From positions 288,001-352,000 of the forward strand of contig JABHQW010000008.1 of assembly GCA_018696595.1 (NCBI GenBank): a DNA stretch of 64,000 nucleotides. The letters are read 5' to 3'. Made by a program: the position numbers and the translations under genes. This stretch comes from Candidatus Woesearchaeota archaeon. Its GTDB lineage: Archaea > Nanobdellota > Nanobdellia > Woesearchaeales > GW2011-AR9. Below are positions 46,804 to 56,177 of the stretch, one piece after another; the first letter of the stretch is position 1; every line of letters begins with the position of its first letter. The notes under the pieces were generated by a model. That model was not told the DNA's origin and did no database searches. It saw only the letters and a list, made by a program, of their open reading frames with translations.

Positions 46804-47076
46804 TTAACAACCAAGAGAATTCAAATCATTTAACATTCCTAAATACTCAATAACTGCTCTGTCTACTTTTTGTTCTAATCCTTTTTCTGGATAATAACTT
46901 TTTATATTAAATTTTAATGGAGAAAATAAGGGTACTTCTGGGGAATAAACTTTTATTCTTTCATCATCTGCGCTCACAATAACATTTATTGGTCTTCCTG
47001 GGGGGGACTCTCTTTTGTAAGTTCTTGTAATGGATGTTTCTTCTACTAACTCCAAAAAAGGTTGACCAGAATTCAT
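46804..47076 (-). CDS. Hypothetical protein
   Basis: 90-aa ORF directly downstream of nac. Confidence 0.5.
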   Translation of the reverse strand: MNSGQPFLELVEETSITRTYKRESPPGRPINVIVSADDERIKVYSPEVPLFSPLKFNIKSYYPEKGLEQKVDRAVIEYLGMLNDLNSLGC

Positions 47077-47077
47077 T

Positions 47078-47422
47078 TTACTCTTCTTTGTTAAAACTCA
47101 TAATTGCTTCTGCTAAATCTCCTTCAGCCCCTTCAATTGCTGCCTTGGCTTGTTCTTCAGAAACGTTAGCTTGTTCCATTACAGTTTTAACATCATCTTC
47201 AGAAATGTCGGGAGCTGTTGACAATTCTCTCTCTTCAACATTTCCAGAAATCTGAAAGTTTTCTTGGCCCATCATGTTAACTTTCGCCACACTTGGGTTT
47301 GTAATAATAATTTCTTTATCTGCAGTTTTAATAATAACTTCAGTTGCAGGAATATCAACTTGTTGGATTCCCATCTGCTTCATCATCTGTTGCATTTTCC
47401 GGGGATTCATTCCTGGCATCAT
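47078..47422 (-). CDS. nac: Nascent polypeptide-associated complex protein (aNAC)
   Basis: MNPRKMQQMMKQMGI, C-terminal UBA-like A...GDLAEAI. Start moved to 47422 (overlaps the secG stop). Confidence 0.95.
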   Translation of the reverse strand: MMPGMNPRKMQQMMKQMGIQQVDIPATEVIIKTADKEIIITNPSVAKVNMMGQENFQISGNVEERELSTAPDISEDDVKTVMEQANVSEEQAKAAIEGAEGDLAEAIMSFNKEE

Positions 47423-47592
47423 GAGAACCAATTTCCTCCAAAGTAATGTAACAGAATGATAATAATCATTATAACTATGCTAAGAACAATAACTGCTGCT
47501 GGAGAGAATTCAATCTTTGACTTAAATTCATCGAAGTATCTTGTTAGTCCACCTTGCCCAGAAGGCATTCTTATTTTATTGTCACGTGCCAT
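47419..47592 (-). CDS. secG: Preprotein translocase subunit Sec61beta (SecG)
   Basis: Below the ORF-track cutoff; manual translation MARDNKIRMPSGQGGLTRYFDEFKSKIEFSPAAVIVLSIVIMIIIILLHYFGGNWFS. Confidence 0.92.
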   Translation of the reverse strand: MARDNKIRMPSGQGGLTRYFDEFKSKIEFSPAAVIVLSIVIMIIIILLHYFGGNWFS

Positions 47593-47690
47593 GTTAATTG
47601 TCTAATTTTATAGGTTTTATAAGGTTTTTGGAAATAATCTTTAATTTAGTACTGGAAATTTTTATAAACCTAGTTGTTTTTATTCTTAAG

Positions 47691-48515
47691 ATGAAAAAAA
47701 GAGGTCAAGTAACAATATTTATGATTTTGGGAATATTTGTACTTATTACTGTTTTTTCTTTTGTCTTTCTGAACAATTATACAAAAACAAAACAGCTTGA
47801 ACAGGATGTAACAGATGGGTTAGAATTAAATCTTAATTCCGAGAGAGTTAATAACGCAGTTACTTGGTGCATTAATGATATTGGTGGTAAAGCCATACTA
47901 AATCTTGGTGCTTATGGTGGTAAACAAGAGCTAGTTGGCAATTTCTTTGATGAAGAATTATTTGATGCCAATTATCTCTATTATTTTGGAGAAAAACAAA
48001 CTTCTTCGATAGAAGAGATGGAAGATTCTTTAAGTATTATGATGGAAGAACATTTAGAAGACTGTGTGGATAAACTAACAAAAAAAGAATCCATTAATGT
48101 GGAAGAAAATATTGTCAACCACGATTTAATCTTTGAATCGTTTCAAGTAGATAAAGGCAAAATCAACACATCTACAGAAATAATTGACGAGGCAGTAATG
48201 TTCACAGTAAACTGGCCATTAAAATTAAAATTTAGGGACCAAGAGAAAGAAATTTCTAATTTCCCCACCAAAAAGATCGAGGTTGATTTAAACCGGACAG
48301 CTAATTTTGTTGAAGATTTTGTTGAACGGTTACAAGTCAACCCTTACTTTATCGATGTTGTTTATCTTTTAAAACAAAATTATACCATTGACTTAACAAT
48401 GTTAAATAACGACACTTACGTTTTTTTAATTACTGACAACAATTCAATAATTAATCATGAACCATTAAAATTCTTATGGGCAGCAAAATTAAACAATACT
48501 GGGGTGTTGATATGA
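47691..48515 (+). CDS. Surface protein with class III (pilin-like) signal KRGQ
   Basis: MKKRGQVTIFMILGIFVLITVF. Start moved to 47691; ATGA overlap with the next gene. Confidence 0.65.
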   Translation: MKKRGQVTIFMILGIFVLITVFSFVFLNNYTKTKQLEQDVTDGLELNLNSERVNNAVTWCINDIGGKAILNLGAYGGKQELVGNFFDEELFDANYLYYFGEKQTSSIEEMEDSLSIMMEEHLEDCVDKLTKKESINVEENIVNHDLIFESFQVDKGKINTSTEIIDEAVMFTVNWPLKLKFRDQEKEISNFPTKKIEVDLNRTANFVEDFVERLQVNPYFIDVVYLLKQNYTIDLTMLNNDTYVFLITDNNSIINHEPLKFLWAAKLNNTGVLI

Positions 48516-50461
48516 AAAGACTTATTGTTTGTTTTGGGTTGTTGGTTTTATTGTTCCCTTTAGTTTGTGCTGCTGAAGATAGTTATGAAGTCAATTATGC
48601 TAGTGCTGAATCAATAATCATGGCTCCTAAAGACTTTGAGATTGATGCTGCTGAAGCATTAAAAGAAGGCAATGGTCATGTTTTAAATGAAGACCAATGG
48701 GCTCAAGAAGGTAACCTTAATAAAATCCCCTCAGGAGACTTAAAAAAATATCCTAAGGCCTGGGACGCTGTTTCTACAAAACATGGTCTTGGAAAAGCAA
48801 CTTTGAATTTAGGAAATGTGGTTTACAAAGATGGGCTTCTTAGTAATGGTGATACTACTTTAGATTTAAACAATTTTAACGGAGCAATAATCTCCTCTTT
48901 AAATGGTGGCGGTTTTACAATTAAAAAAAAGTCTACCTCTTTAGGAGAATTTAATCTTGGTGATAGTAAAATTAATTTAGATGATTTCCAGGCTGGTGCA
49001 GAGGTTAAAGAAATTAATGGTGAACTTAATATTATTCTTTCTAAAGGAGCAAGAATGACTGATTCTAAAGGTACAGAAATTGTTGCTTTAGCAAAAGATA
49101 CAATTGTTACTTTAGGTGAAGATAAACTAAACGTTGAAGGGATTGCTTTAACTTTTGATGCGCTTGGCAATAAAGGTTTTATTGGCGATCCTACATCAAA
49201 ACTTAAGGGTGCGTTATCTTATGATTATACTGACTTAAAACAAGAACTAGAAAATGGAGTTGTTTTATTATCTGACGGTACTTTTTTGGGTGATCAGAAA
49301 TATTTAGATGGCTTAAAGGGAAACATTAAAGAAATTCTTGGTAGTGTTGATCCAAGTAAAATGACTCTCAAAAGAGTAAATGATGCTCTTGCAAAATCAA
49401 TGGATGAGAAATATGCTGAGCCCATTAAAGAATATCAAGATAATCTTGAAAAACTTTTTGCAAGTCAGGGGAAAGAATTGTCTAAAGTTCAAGATGAGAT
49501 GAAAAAAATGGAAGAACAGTTTGGGTCTGAGCTTTCTACTCAGCTGGCAAATTTTGACCAATATAAGAAAGATTTACTTGCCACTGGCGAAGAACTTAGT
49601 CAACCCCTTTTACAATACGCCCAACAAATTGAAGAATATAAAGATGAAATTGAAAATTTGCCTGATGCAGCACAACAACAATTGATTCAATATTTAGAAG
49701 GAAATAAAGCAATTGAGGAAACCATTGCAAAACTTAGTGGTGCAATTGAGCCTTTAACTGAACATATTGAAACTTTTAAAGAGTATCAAGAACAGGCCGA
49801 GAAAATTAATGATAACATTAAACAAGGAAAAAGACTGGCCAACAGATTTGATTTACCTTCTGAAATGGGCCAGGCTGTTGGGGCGGCTGCTTATTTCGCC
49901 AAAGATTATTTTCCAACTATTGATTATGCAACAGAGGACGGGGTGTTGCAAACAGGAGTTTTTTTAGCAGAACGAGGTTTTTTACCAACCGCTTATGTTC
50001 AAACACAAGGTACTGCTTGGACTCTTACTGGGGCAGCAACTGTTGAAGAAATTCAAGCTCAAGGAGCATTTGTTCTCAATCCAGAAGTACCTCTAAATAT
50101 ACTTGTTGAAGCAAGTACAAAAAGGGGGGCTCAAGCTAGTTTTAATTACTTATCTAATGTTGGTGCTTTTAGTGCAGTTGTTGGTCAGAAGGGTTTTGGC
50201 GGGGCTTATAATTCTGAGAATGCAAAAGCTGAAGTAACCGTTAGTCCAAATGGAGATTTTAATGTTAAGGGTGGTGCAGAAATTGCAGGCCAGGGTTCTT
50301 TAGTTGCTGAAGTTGAAATGAAAGATGAGAACTTAGTGGCGGGAGCTTCTTATCAAACAAAGATTGGTGATTCTGTTACTGCTGAAGTTAATGCCAATTA
50401 TGGCAGCGTAGAAGGTAAAGAAGATTATTCGGCGGGCTTTGCTGTTCAAGCGACCTGGTAA
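48512..50461 (+). CDS. Secreted protein: beta-rich N-region, coiled-coil stalk, C-terminal amphipathic beta-strand (barrel-like) domain
   Basis: Signal peptide MKRLIVCFGLLVLLFPLVCA; helical mid-region; C-terminal alternating strands ending YSAGFAVQATW. Confidence 0.7.
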   Translation: MKRLIVCFGLLVLLFPLVCAAEDSYEVNYASAESIIMAPKDFEIDAAEALKEGNGHVLNEDQWAQEGNLNKIPSGDLKKYPKAWDAVSTKHGLGKATLNLGNVVYKDGLLSNGDTTLDLNNFNGAIISSLNGGGFTIKKKSTSLGEFNLGDSKINLDDFQAGAEVKEINGELNIILSKGARMTDSKGTEIVALAKDTIVTLGEDKLNVEGIALTFDALGNKGFIGDPTSKLKGALSYDYTDLKQELENGVVLLSDGTFLGDQKYLDGLKGNIKEILGSVDPSKMTLKRVNDALAKSMDEKYAEPIKEYQDNLEKLFASQGKELSKVQDEMKKMEEQFGSELSTQLANFDQYKKDLLATGEELSQPLLQYAQQIEEYKDEIENLPDAAQQQLIQYLEGNKAIEETIAKLSGAIEPLTEHIETFKEYQEQAEKINDNIKQGKRLANRFDLPSEMGQAVGAAAYFAKDYFPTIDYATEDGVLQTGVFLAERGFLPTAYVQTQGTAWTLTGAATVEEIQAQGAFVLNPEVPLNILVEASTKRGAQASFNYLSNVGAFSAVVGQKGFGGAYNSENAKAEVTVSPNGDFNVKGGAEIAGQGSLVAEVEMKDENLVAGASYQTKIGDSVTAEVNANYGSVEGKEDYSAGFAVQATW

Positions 50462-50475
50462 TTTGATAATCCGTT

Positions 50476-50916
50476 TTAATCTACTTTATCTTCTAACGCT
50501 TCATCTAAAAGATGAAAACTAAATGGTTTTCCAACAATTTCTACGCTCTCGAGGTTATTTTCTCCAAAAAATGCTTCGTTGTATCTTGAAGCTAAGGTAG
50601 TTGTAACTACAACCTTACCAGAATATTCAGAACTGGAAATTGCATCTAAATATCTTTTAACAAATATTTCTGTTACATCCCCTTGACGAAAAGCTTCAGC
50701 ATTAAGAACGGCAGCATTATAATTCCCTGCAGTTAATATTCCTACTAAATCTGTTTCATTAGCAAATGTTAAGATCTCTTTATCTTTATTTATTGGATTA
50801 GAACCAAAAATACTTTCTTCTGGTAGGTATAAATTAACTTGATGCCCTATTTGGGATAGATGTCTTTCAGTTAACTCTCTATGTAATGGGTTTTCTTCAA
50901 CGTATAATATTTTCAT
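50476..50916 (-). CDS. Stand-alone atypical response-regulator receiver domain
   Basis: MKILYVEEN, YNAAVLN (Asn at the usual phospho-Asp site), VVVTT, GKPF. Confidence 0.75.
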   Translation of the reverse strand: MKILYVEENPLHRELTERHLSQIGHQVNLYLPEESIFGSNPINKDKEILTFANETDLVGILTAGNYNAAVLNAEAFRQGDVTEIFVKRYLDAISSSEYSGKVVVTTTLASRYNEAFFGENNLESVEIVGKPFSFHLLDEALEDKVD

Positions 50917-50952
50917 TTTAATTTCTCCAAGAACATCTATTCCATATTAAAA

Positions 50953-51280
50953 GATAGGTAGGGCGGAATAAGCCGCCTTTTGTCAAACCCAAACAATTAA
51001 CAATGTAATTGCGATGGTTTGTTTTAGCATTCTACTAAGCGTTGAACCAACTTGCACTGGTTAGTATTCGCCGTTTCATCGCTCCCATACAACATAGTCA
51101 TGGGGTTAACTCATTGCTTTCTCAAGCAACTTCGCCACTATCATCCCGATGTATGGACGTGTCGTTTCTGAGCCATGGACAGCCATTTCTGACTCTCACT
51201 TCCGTGAGTAACCTTTCATAGTGGGCGGACTTTCCTAAGCGAATAAATTCACCTTCTGCTAAATACCGCTCCTACCTATT
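50953..51280 (-). ncRNA. rnpB: RNase P RNA
   Basis: Minus strand carries AGGAAAGTCCGCC (P4 5'), CAGAAAC, GATGAAACGG, GTGCAAG, CGCTTAG and ACAAAAGGCGGCTTA (P4 3'); terminal P1 ATAGGTAGG:CCTACCTAT; TATA about 20-27 nt upstream. Confidence 0.95.
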
Positions 51281-51297
51281 GGTTCATTTTGTCCGGG

Positions 51298-51314
51298 TTT
51301 TTATAAATGTTTTC
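51298..51314 (-). promoter_or_regulatory. BRE/TATA promoter of rnpB
   Basis: GAAAACATTTATAAAAA on the minus strand at canonical spacing from the RNA 5' end. Confidence 0.7.
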
Positions 51315-51392
51315 TTATATTTTAGATAATTAACTACTTTATAGTAATAAAATAAGAAACATTTATAAAGTCTTTCGTCATTATCTATTATT

Positions 51393-52160
51393 ATGATACT
51401 TATAGATCCTGAGACTAATTGTACTGCTTTAAATCTTGATCAATTAGTAGAAAATGTTAATGTAATTAGAAAAGAAGTAGACTCTCGTATAATCAAACCA
51501 CCTTCTTATTTTCTCATTGACTTAATGAGCAAAATGCTCATTGGTCCTGAAGAGAGAGGGGTTGAATTGTTCTTAATAGATCATATTATGAAATATAATG
51601 GAGAAGTACAAATTGATAGAAGTTATTCTCACCGTGGAAAAAAATTCGTTGATGTGAAATTTAAACCTGTTATTCCCGAAAGTGATATTTTAGTGCATCA
51701 AGCGTGGTTAAGAACTGGTGATTCACTTAAAAAAGGAGTAGATAGAATACTAAGAAACCAGGTTATAGGAAATCCTGGAGTTGATAGGGCAACATATTTG
51801 AAAGAAGCTTCTTTACCAGGCGGAGATGATGATGATCTTGGTATCAATGGTTGGATGTTTTCTTTAGATTATCAAACCATTTACTCCGTTGCATTACAGT
51901 TTGAAATTGATGTTGAAGAATTACAAAAAACAAGGAACATTTTTTATGATCCAGAAGGTCTTGCTGGTGCACAATTTGGTAACAACATTGAATATTTGTC
52001 AACATACTTTGTTTTTGGTGGAATCCCTTGTCAAGCAATTAGAAATATTCAATATTGTGTTATGGATCCACAACCAATCACTGAAGATGATAAAGATCAA
52101 TTTATTATTCATCCGGATGGTAGAACTTTAAGACAGTTTTTAGAACCTTCAAAGATCTAA
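51393..52160 (+). CDS. Hypothetical protein; C-terminal half possibly ADP-ribosyltransferase-like fold
   Basis: LVHQ...RIL, GWMFSLD, FEIDV, YFVFGGIPCQAI occur in ART strand order; weak match. Confidence 0.45.
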   Translation: MILIDPETNCTALNLDQLVENVNVIRKEVDSRIIKPPSYFLIDLMSKMLIGPEERGVELFLIDHIMKYNGEVQIDRSYSHRGKKFVDVKFKPVIPESDILVHQAWLRTGDSLKKGVDRILRNQVIGNPGVDRATYLKEASLPGGDDDDLGINGWMFSLDYQTIYSVALQFEIDVEELQKTRNIFYDPEGLAGAQFGNNIEYLSTYFVFGGIPCQAIRNIQYCVMDPQPITEDDKDQFIIHPDGRTLRQFLEPSKI

Positions 52161-52189
52161 ACAATTTCAACAACAATAATTATATTTCT

Positions 52190-52489
52190 TTAGGGTGTTA
52201 TTTGAGCCATTTCTGCTCTTAAATAGTATGATGGTGGACGTGGTTTATAACTGATTCTTTCTCTAAAAGAATTTTCACAAGCAGCAAACCTTTTGAAAAG
52301 TTTTCTAGATTCCCCTTGATACTCATTTAGAAGCGGTATGGTATTCCTCATATGATCATCATATTGCTTCCAGTCTTGTTCGTTTGGTTCTTCCTCAAGT
52401 TTTAAATTTTCTATTCTTGCTGCTAACTCTTCAAATCTAACAATTTCTATTAAAATTTCTGAATCAGTTACTTTTCTTTTGCCAAACAT
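52190..52489 (-). CDS. Hypothetical small helical protein
   Basis: 99-aa ORF convergent on 51393..52160. Confidence 0.55.
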   Translation of the reverse strand: MFGKRKVTDSEILIEIVRFEELAARIENLKLEEEPNEQDWKQYDDHMRNTIPLLNEYQGESRKLFKRFAACENSFRERISYKPRPPSYYLRAEMAQITP

Positions 52490-52549
52490 TTTATAATAAT
52501 TCTGAGAGGGGCATATTTTTTATAAATTTGTATGTACTCCAGCAGTCTA

Positions 52550-53248
52550 TCAAAAGACTTCAACCCTAAGCAACAACTTTTCCATCCCTTCTTGGTGACC
52601 AGCACCAACTATAACAAGAATCTTCTTACCTGGATTCTTACGTAATATCTTAACAATATTTTTAACCATATACTTATTTCGATCTGAAACTAAAGCACGA
52701 TAAACATTTGGATAAGTTTTCTTCATCATGTTCATCATTTTCTTAATAACTTCTTTTCCGGGAACTTTATTCAAATCAAATTGATCTAATCCCAATGCTT
52801 TAATTTGTTTCTTAGGAAACAATAAACCTTTTAACATGTCATAAACAAACCTAAACTTCTCTTTCCAAGTTAAGTATTTAGAAAACTTCTTCAAAGTAAT
52901 TTGAATTGGTTGATCAATAAAAGCAATTTCTAATTTCTCTTTACGAGCTAGTTCCATTGCGGCTTTCATCTCTGAACCAGGAGAAACTCCTACCATTTTA
53001 CCCAATTTCTGCTGAACAAACTGGCCGATCTTGGCAAACACGTAACCTTTTACACCTATCTTAAGAATCATAGCCAAGGAAACTTTACTTTTCTCTTCAG
53101 CCATTAAAGCAGATGCTCGTTGTAGATCTAATTCAATAGCAACAATATCTGGCTTCCAAGAGCTAACTGCGGCTTTAATCTCATCAACACTTCCTTGTGC
53201 GATATGAGAAGTACCTATGATTTTAACGTTGTCCATAGTTAGGTTCAA
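52550..53248 (-). CDS. TraB/PrgY/GumN family protein
   Basis: IIGTSH, DIVAIELD..R, GSEM..A, L..DRN, VGAGH. Confidence 0.92.
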   Translation of the reverse strand: MNLTMDNVKIIGTSHIAQGSVDEIKAAVSSWKPDIVAIELDLQRASALMAEEKSKVSLAMILKIGVKGYVFAKIGQFVQQKLGKMVGVSPGSEMKAAMELARKEKLEIAFIDQPIQITLKKFSKYLTWKEKFRFVYDMLKGLLFPKKQIKALGLDQFDLNKVPGKEVIKKMMNMMKKTYPNVYRALVSDRNKYMVKNIVKILRKNPGKKILVIVGAGHQEGMEKLLLRVEVF

Positions 53249-53312
53249 ATACAGAAAAGTATTTAAACTTAAGTAAATTTAATTAAATTTACATAGTGAG
53301 GTGGTTTATACA

Positions 53313-53591
53313 ATGTTAAAAATGAAAAAAGTATCTGAAACTTACGATTTAAGAGTGTTTACCGATACAGGAGATTATTTTGGGGATGTTGAAGATAGTA
53401 TCATCAACTCAAACAAAGTTTCTGGTTGGAAAATTAAAGCTACAAAAAATTCTTTCTTAAGCAGAGTTTTGGGAAGTGCTAAAGGAGTTATTGTTCCGCA
53501 CCAGTTAGTTAAAGCTGTTGGCGACATTTTAATAATTTCTAAGAATGCTGTTCCTAGTGGCGCGATGGATGATAGTGAAGACGCAGAATGA
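53313..53591 (+). CDS. PRC-barrel domain protein (CdpB-like)
   Basis: RVFTDTGDYFGDVED...IVPHQLVKAVGDILII; GAGGTG RBS suits ATG 53313. Confidence 0.88.
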   Translation: MLKMKKVSETYDLRVFTDTGDYFGDVEDSIINSNKVSGWKIKATKNSFLSRVLGSAKGVIVPHQLVKAVGDILIISKNAVPSGAMDDSEDAE

Positions 53592-53633
53592 AGGTAGAAA
53601 AGTTTTATTTTGATTTACTTAATTATCAATTTG

Positions 53634-53670
53634 TTCAAGGTAATCATGAGGACCTTGAATTCTTTACTTT
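53634..53670 (+). terminator. Hairpin plus T-rich tract after the PRC-barrel gene
   Basis: TTCAAGGT:ACCTTGAA inverted repeat followed by ttctttactttt. Confidence 0.35.
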
Positions 53671-53736
53671 TATTGCTGCTTAATTCTTCTTCATTTTTCC
53701 GTAATATATATAAAGCAATAATGACTTTCTAGGACT

Positions 53737-55068
53737 ATGGATGTGGTAACGTTAATTTTATTGGCAATTAGCCTAATTCTATTTTTTGGTTTCTTTGCAG
53801 AATGGTTTTTCCGTAAATTTAGTGTTCCAGACGTTTTATTCTTAATTATTCTTGGTTTTATCTTAGGTCCTTTTTCCTTAGGATATGTGACCCCTGCTAA
53901 TCTAGCAGACATTGCACCCGTATTTACAACGTTTACGTTAGTATTCTTATTGTTTGATGGTGCGTTTAACATAAACTTAACTTCTTTAATCAAAGAATTT
54001 TCTCACAGTTTTGTTTTAACAATTTTTAATTTCATAATCTCTTCAGTAATTGTGGCATTAATTTTATGGCTGTTTGGTTTCTGGGTTGGTGGGATTTCAA
54101 TTTTACTCTCACTTTTAGGTGGATTTCTTTTGGGAGGGGTCTCTTCTTCGTTTGTAATCCCCATTTTAAAACAAGTTAAAGTTGGAGAAAAGTTATATTC
54201 TTTATTAGCGTTAGAATCTGCATTAACAGATGTTTTTTGTATTGTTTTTTCATTAACTGTTATTGAAATATTTCAATTAGGTGGTTTTGGATTACAAGAA
54301 ACATTGGTACAATTAGTAAGTTTATTTGCAGTTGCTGGTTTAGTTGGATTAATAGGTGGAGTTATCTGGATTTTCTTAATTTTAAAAGTATTCAAAGAAC
54401 ACAATTATATGATCGCTATTGCCTACTTACTTTTAATTTATGTTATTACAGAATTCCTTAGTGGTAATGGTGCAATCGCAGCATTATTCTTTGGATTGAT
54501 TTTAAAGAATTCTAAACAGTTGTCTTCAATTATTCGGGGATTATTAAGTAGTAAAGCTAAAGATAAAAAGAAAGCTCTTGAAGGTGAACTGGGCGTGTCT
54601 GTAACAACTCCAAGCGAAGAATATTTTTATCATCAAATTTCTTTTTTCCTAAAAACATTTTTCTTTGTTTACATTGGAATTATGATTGATATTTCTGATT
54701 GGAAAGCGTTAGTTATTGGAATAGTATTATCCTTTGTTTTAATGGGTACCAGAATGGCTTCATTATTACTCACTAAAAGAATGGACGACACTCATAGGAC
54801 TTTAGTTAACGCAATTTTTGCTCGTGGTTTAGCAGCAGCAGCGATTGCTCAACTGGCAATAAATGCTGGAATCCCTCATGCGTTCTTCTTATCTAAGATT
54901 GCTTACGTGGCTATTACTGGAACAATTGTGTTGAGCTCAGTTCGAGTATTCTTAATTAAAAGAAAAATGCCTCCTGCAGAAGAAGAAGGGGAAACCCTTA
55001 TTGAAAGAAGAATTGAAAGAGCTGAAGGGAAAAAACACAAACATAAAAGAAAACATAGGCATAAATAA
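53737..55068 (+). CDS. Cation:proton antiporter (CPA1/NhaP-like)
   Basis: VPDVLFLIILG, LLFDG, LESALTD, ARGLAAA; about 12-13 TM helices. Confidence 0.9.
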   Translation: MDVVTLILLAISLILFFGFFAEWFFRKFSVPDVLFLIILGFILGPFSLGYVTPANLADIAPVFTTFTLVFLLFDGAFNINLTSLIKEFSHSFVLTIFNFIISSVIVALILWLFGFWVGGISILLSLLGGFLLGGVSSSFVIPILKQVKVGEKLYSLLALESALTDVFCIVFSLTVIEIFQLGGFGLQETLVQLVSLFAVAGLVGLIGGVIWIFLILKVFKEHNYMIAIAYLLLIYVITEFLSGNGAIAALFFGLILKNSKQLSSIIRGLLSSKAKDKKKALEGELGVSVTTPSEEYFYHQISFFLKTFFFVYIGIMIDISDWKALVIGIVLSFVLMGTRMASLLLTKRMDDTHRTLVNAIFARGLAAAAIAQLAINAGIPHAFFLSKIAYVAITGTIVLSSVRVFLIKRKMPPAEEEGETLIERRIERAEGKKHKHKRKHRHK

Positions 55069-55109
55069 TACGTAACTCTTAAAAATAGTAGTTCTTTTTT
55101 AACATTAAA

Positions 55110-56168
55110 ATGAAAGAAATAATTTTAAATTGGTTAGGGACAATTCCTTATGGTAATTATTTACAAAATAAATACCTTTTTGCTATTTTGATTTTGGTAA
55201 CGTTTACAATTGGTGCTAAACTATTGTTGTTTATTTTTGAGAAATATTTCCAAAGATGGGCCAAGAAAACTAAAACTGAAATTGATGATATTATTTTTGA
55301 CAGAACTAAAAAGCCAGCATTTTATTTCTTGTTAGCAATTGGGTTGAAGTTAGCAATATTACATTTAGAAGTTAATGGGATCGTAAATTCTTTAGTTAAT
55401 ACACTTATGGCAATCGTGTTTGTATTTATTATTGCTAAAGTTGTTGATACAGTTATTGATATCTGGGGAGAAACTTTTGCTAAGAAAACTAAAAGTAAGA
55501 TTGATGACGTTTTATTACCTTTATTTCATAAATTTACAAAAGTATTATTTGTGATCATTGCAATTCTATGGGTCTTAAAAATATGGGGCATTGATATTGG
55601 CCCATATTTGGCAGGGGCAGGAATTTTGGGAATAGTTATTGGGTTTGCTTTACAAGATTCTCTAAAAAACATTCTTGGTGGAATCACTTTACTTCTAGAC
55701 AAAACTTTTGAGATTGGGGATAAAGTTAAGATTGAATCTGGTAAAGTGGGAACAATTCATGATATTGGCTTAAGAAGTACTAAATTAATTACTTATGATA
55801 ATGAAGTGATTTACATCCCTAATGGATATTTAGCAAACTCTCAAGTACAGAATTATACCAGACCAAATCCAAAAGTTCGTGTAGGTATAGATTTTGGTGT
55901 TGAGTACGGCAGCGATGTTGCTAAAGTAACTGAATTAATTGTGGGGACTTTGAAAGGAACGGGTGGTCTTTTATCTGATCCTCTTCCAGCTGTACACTTT
56001 TTGTCTATGGGTGATTTTGCTTTAAACTTTAAAGCATATTTCTGGGTAGAGAAATGGGGCGATGCTTACAGTAAGAAGTTGGAAGTTACTGAAGCGATTT
56101 ATAATGCTTTGAACAAAGCTAAAATTGGAATACCTTTCCCAACACAAACTATTGAGCTAAAGAAGTAA
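55110..56168 (+). CDS. mscS: Small-conductance mechanosensitive channel
   Basis: IGFALQDSLKNILGG, FEIGD.V, IGLRST, IPNG, GIPFP. Confidence 0.95.
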   Translation: MKEIILNWLGTIPYGNYLQNKYLFAILILVTFTIGAKLLLFIFEKYFQRWAKKTKTEIDDIIFDRTKKPAFYFLLAIGLKLAILHLEVNGIVNSLVNTLMAIVFVFIIAKVVDTVIDIWGETFAKKTKSKIDDVLLPLFHKFTKVLFVIIAILWVLKIWGIDIGPYLAGAGILGIVIGFALQDSLKNILGGITLLLDKTFEIGDKVKIESGKVGTIHDIGLRSTKLITYDNEVIYIPNGYLANSQVQNYTRPNPKVRVGIDFGVEYGSDVAKVTELIVGTLKGTGGLLSDPLPAVHFLSMGDFALNFKAYFWVEKWGDAYSKKLEVTEAIYNALNKAKIGIPFPTQTIELKK

Positions 56169-56177
56169 GTTCCTTAG

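Noticed and set aside
53691-53993. 100-aa minus-strand ORF
   Set aside because: Overlaps the antiporter on the opposite strand and has no motif support.
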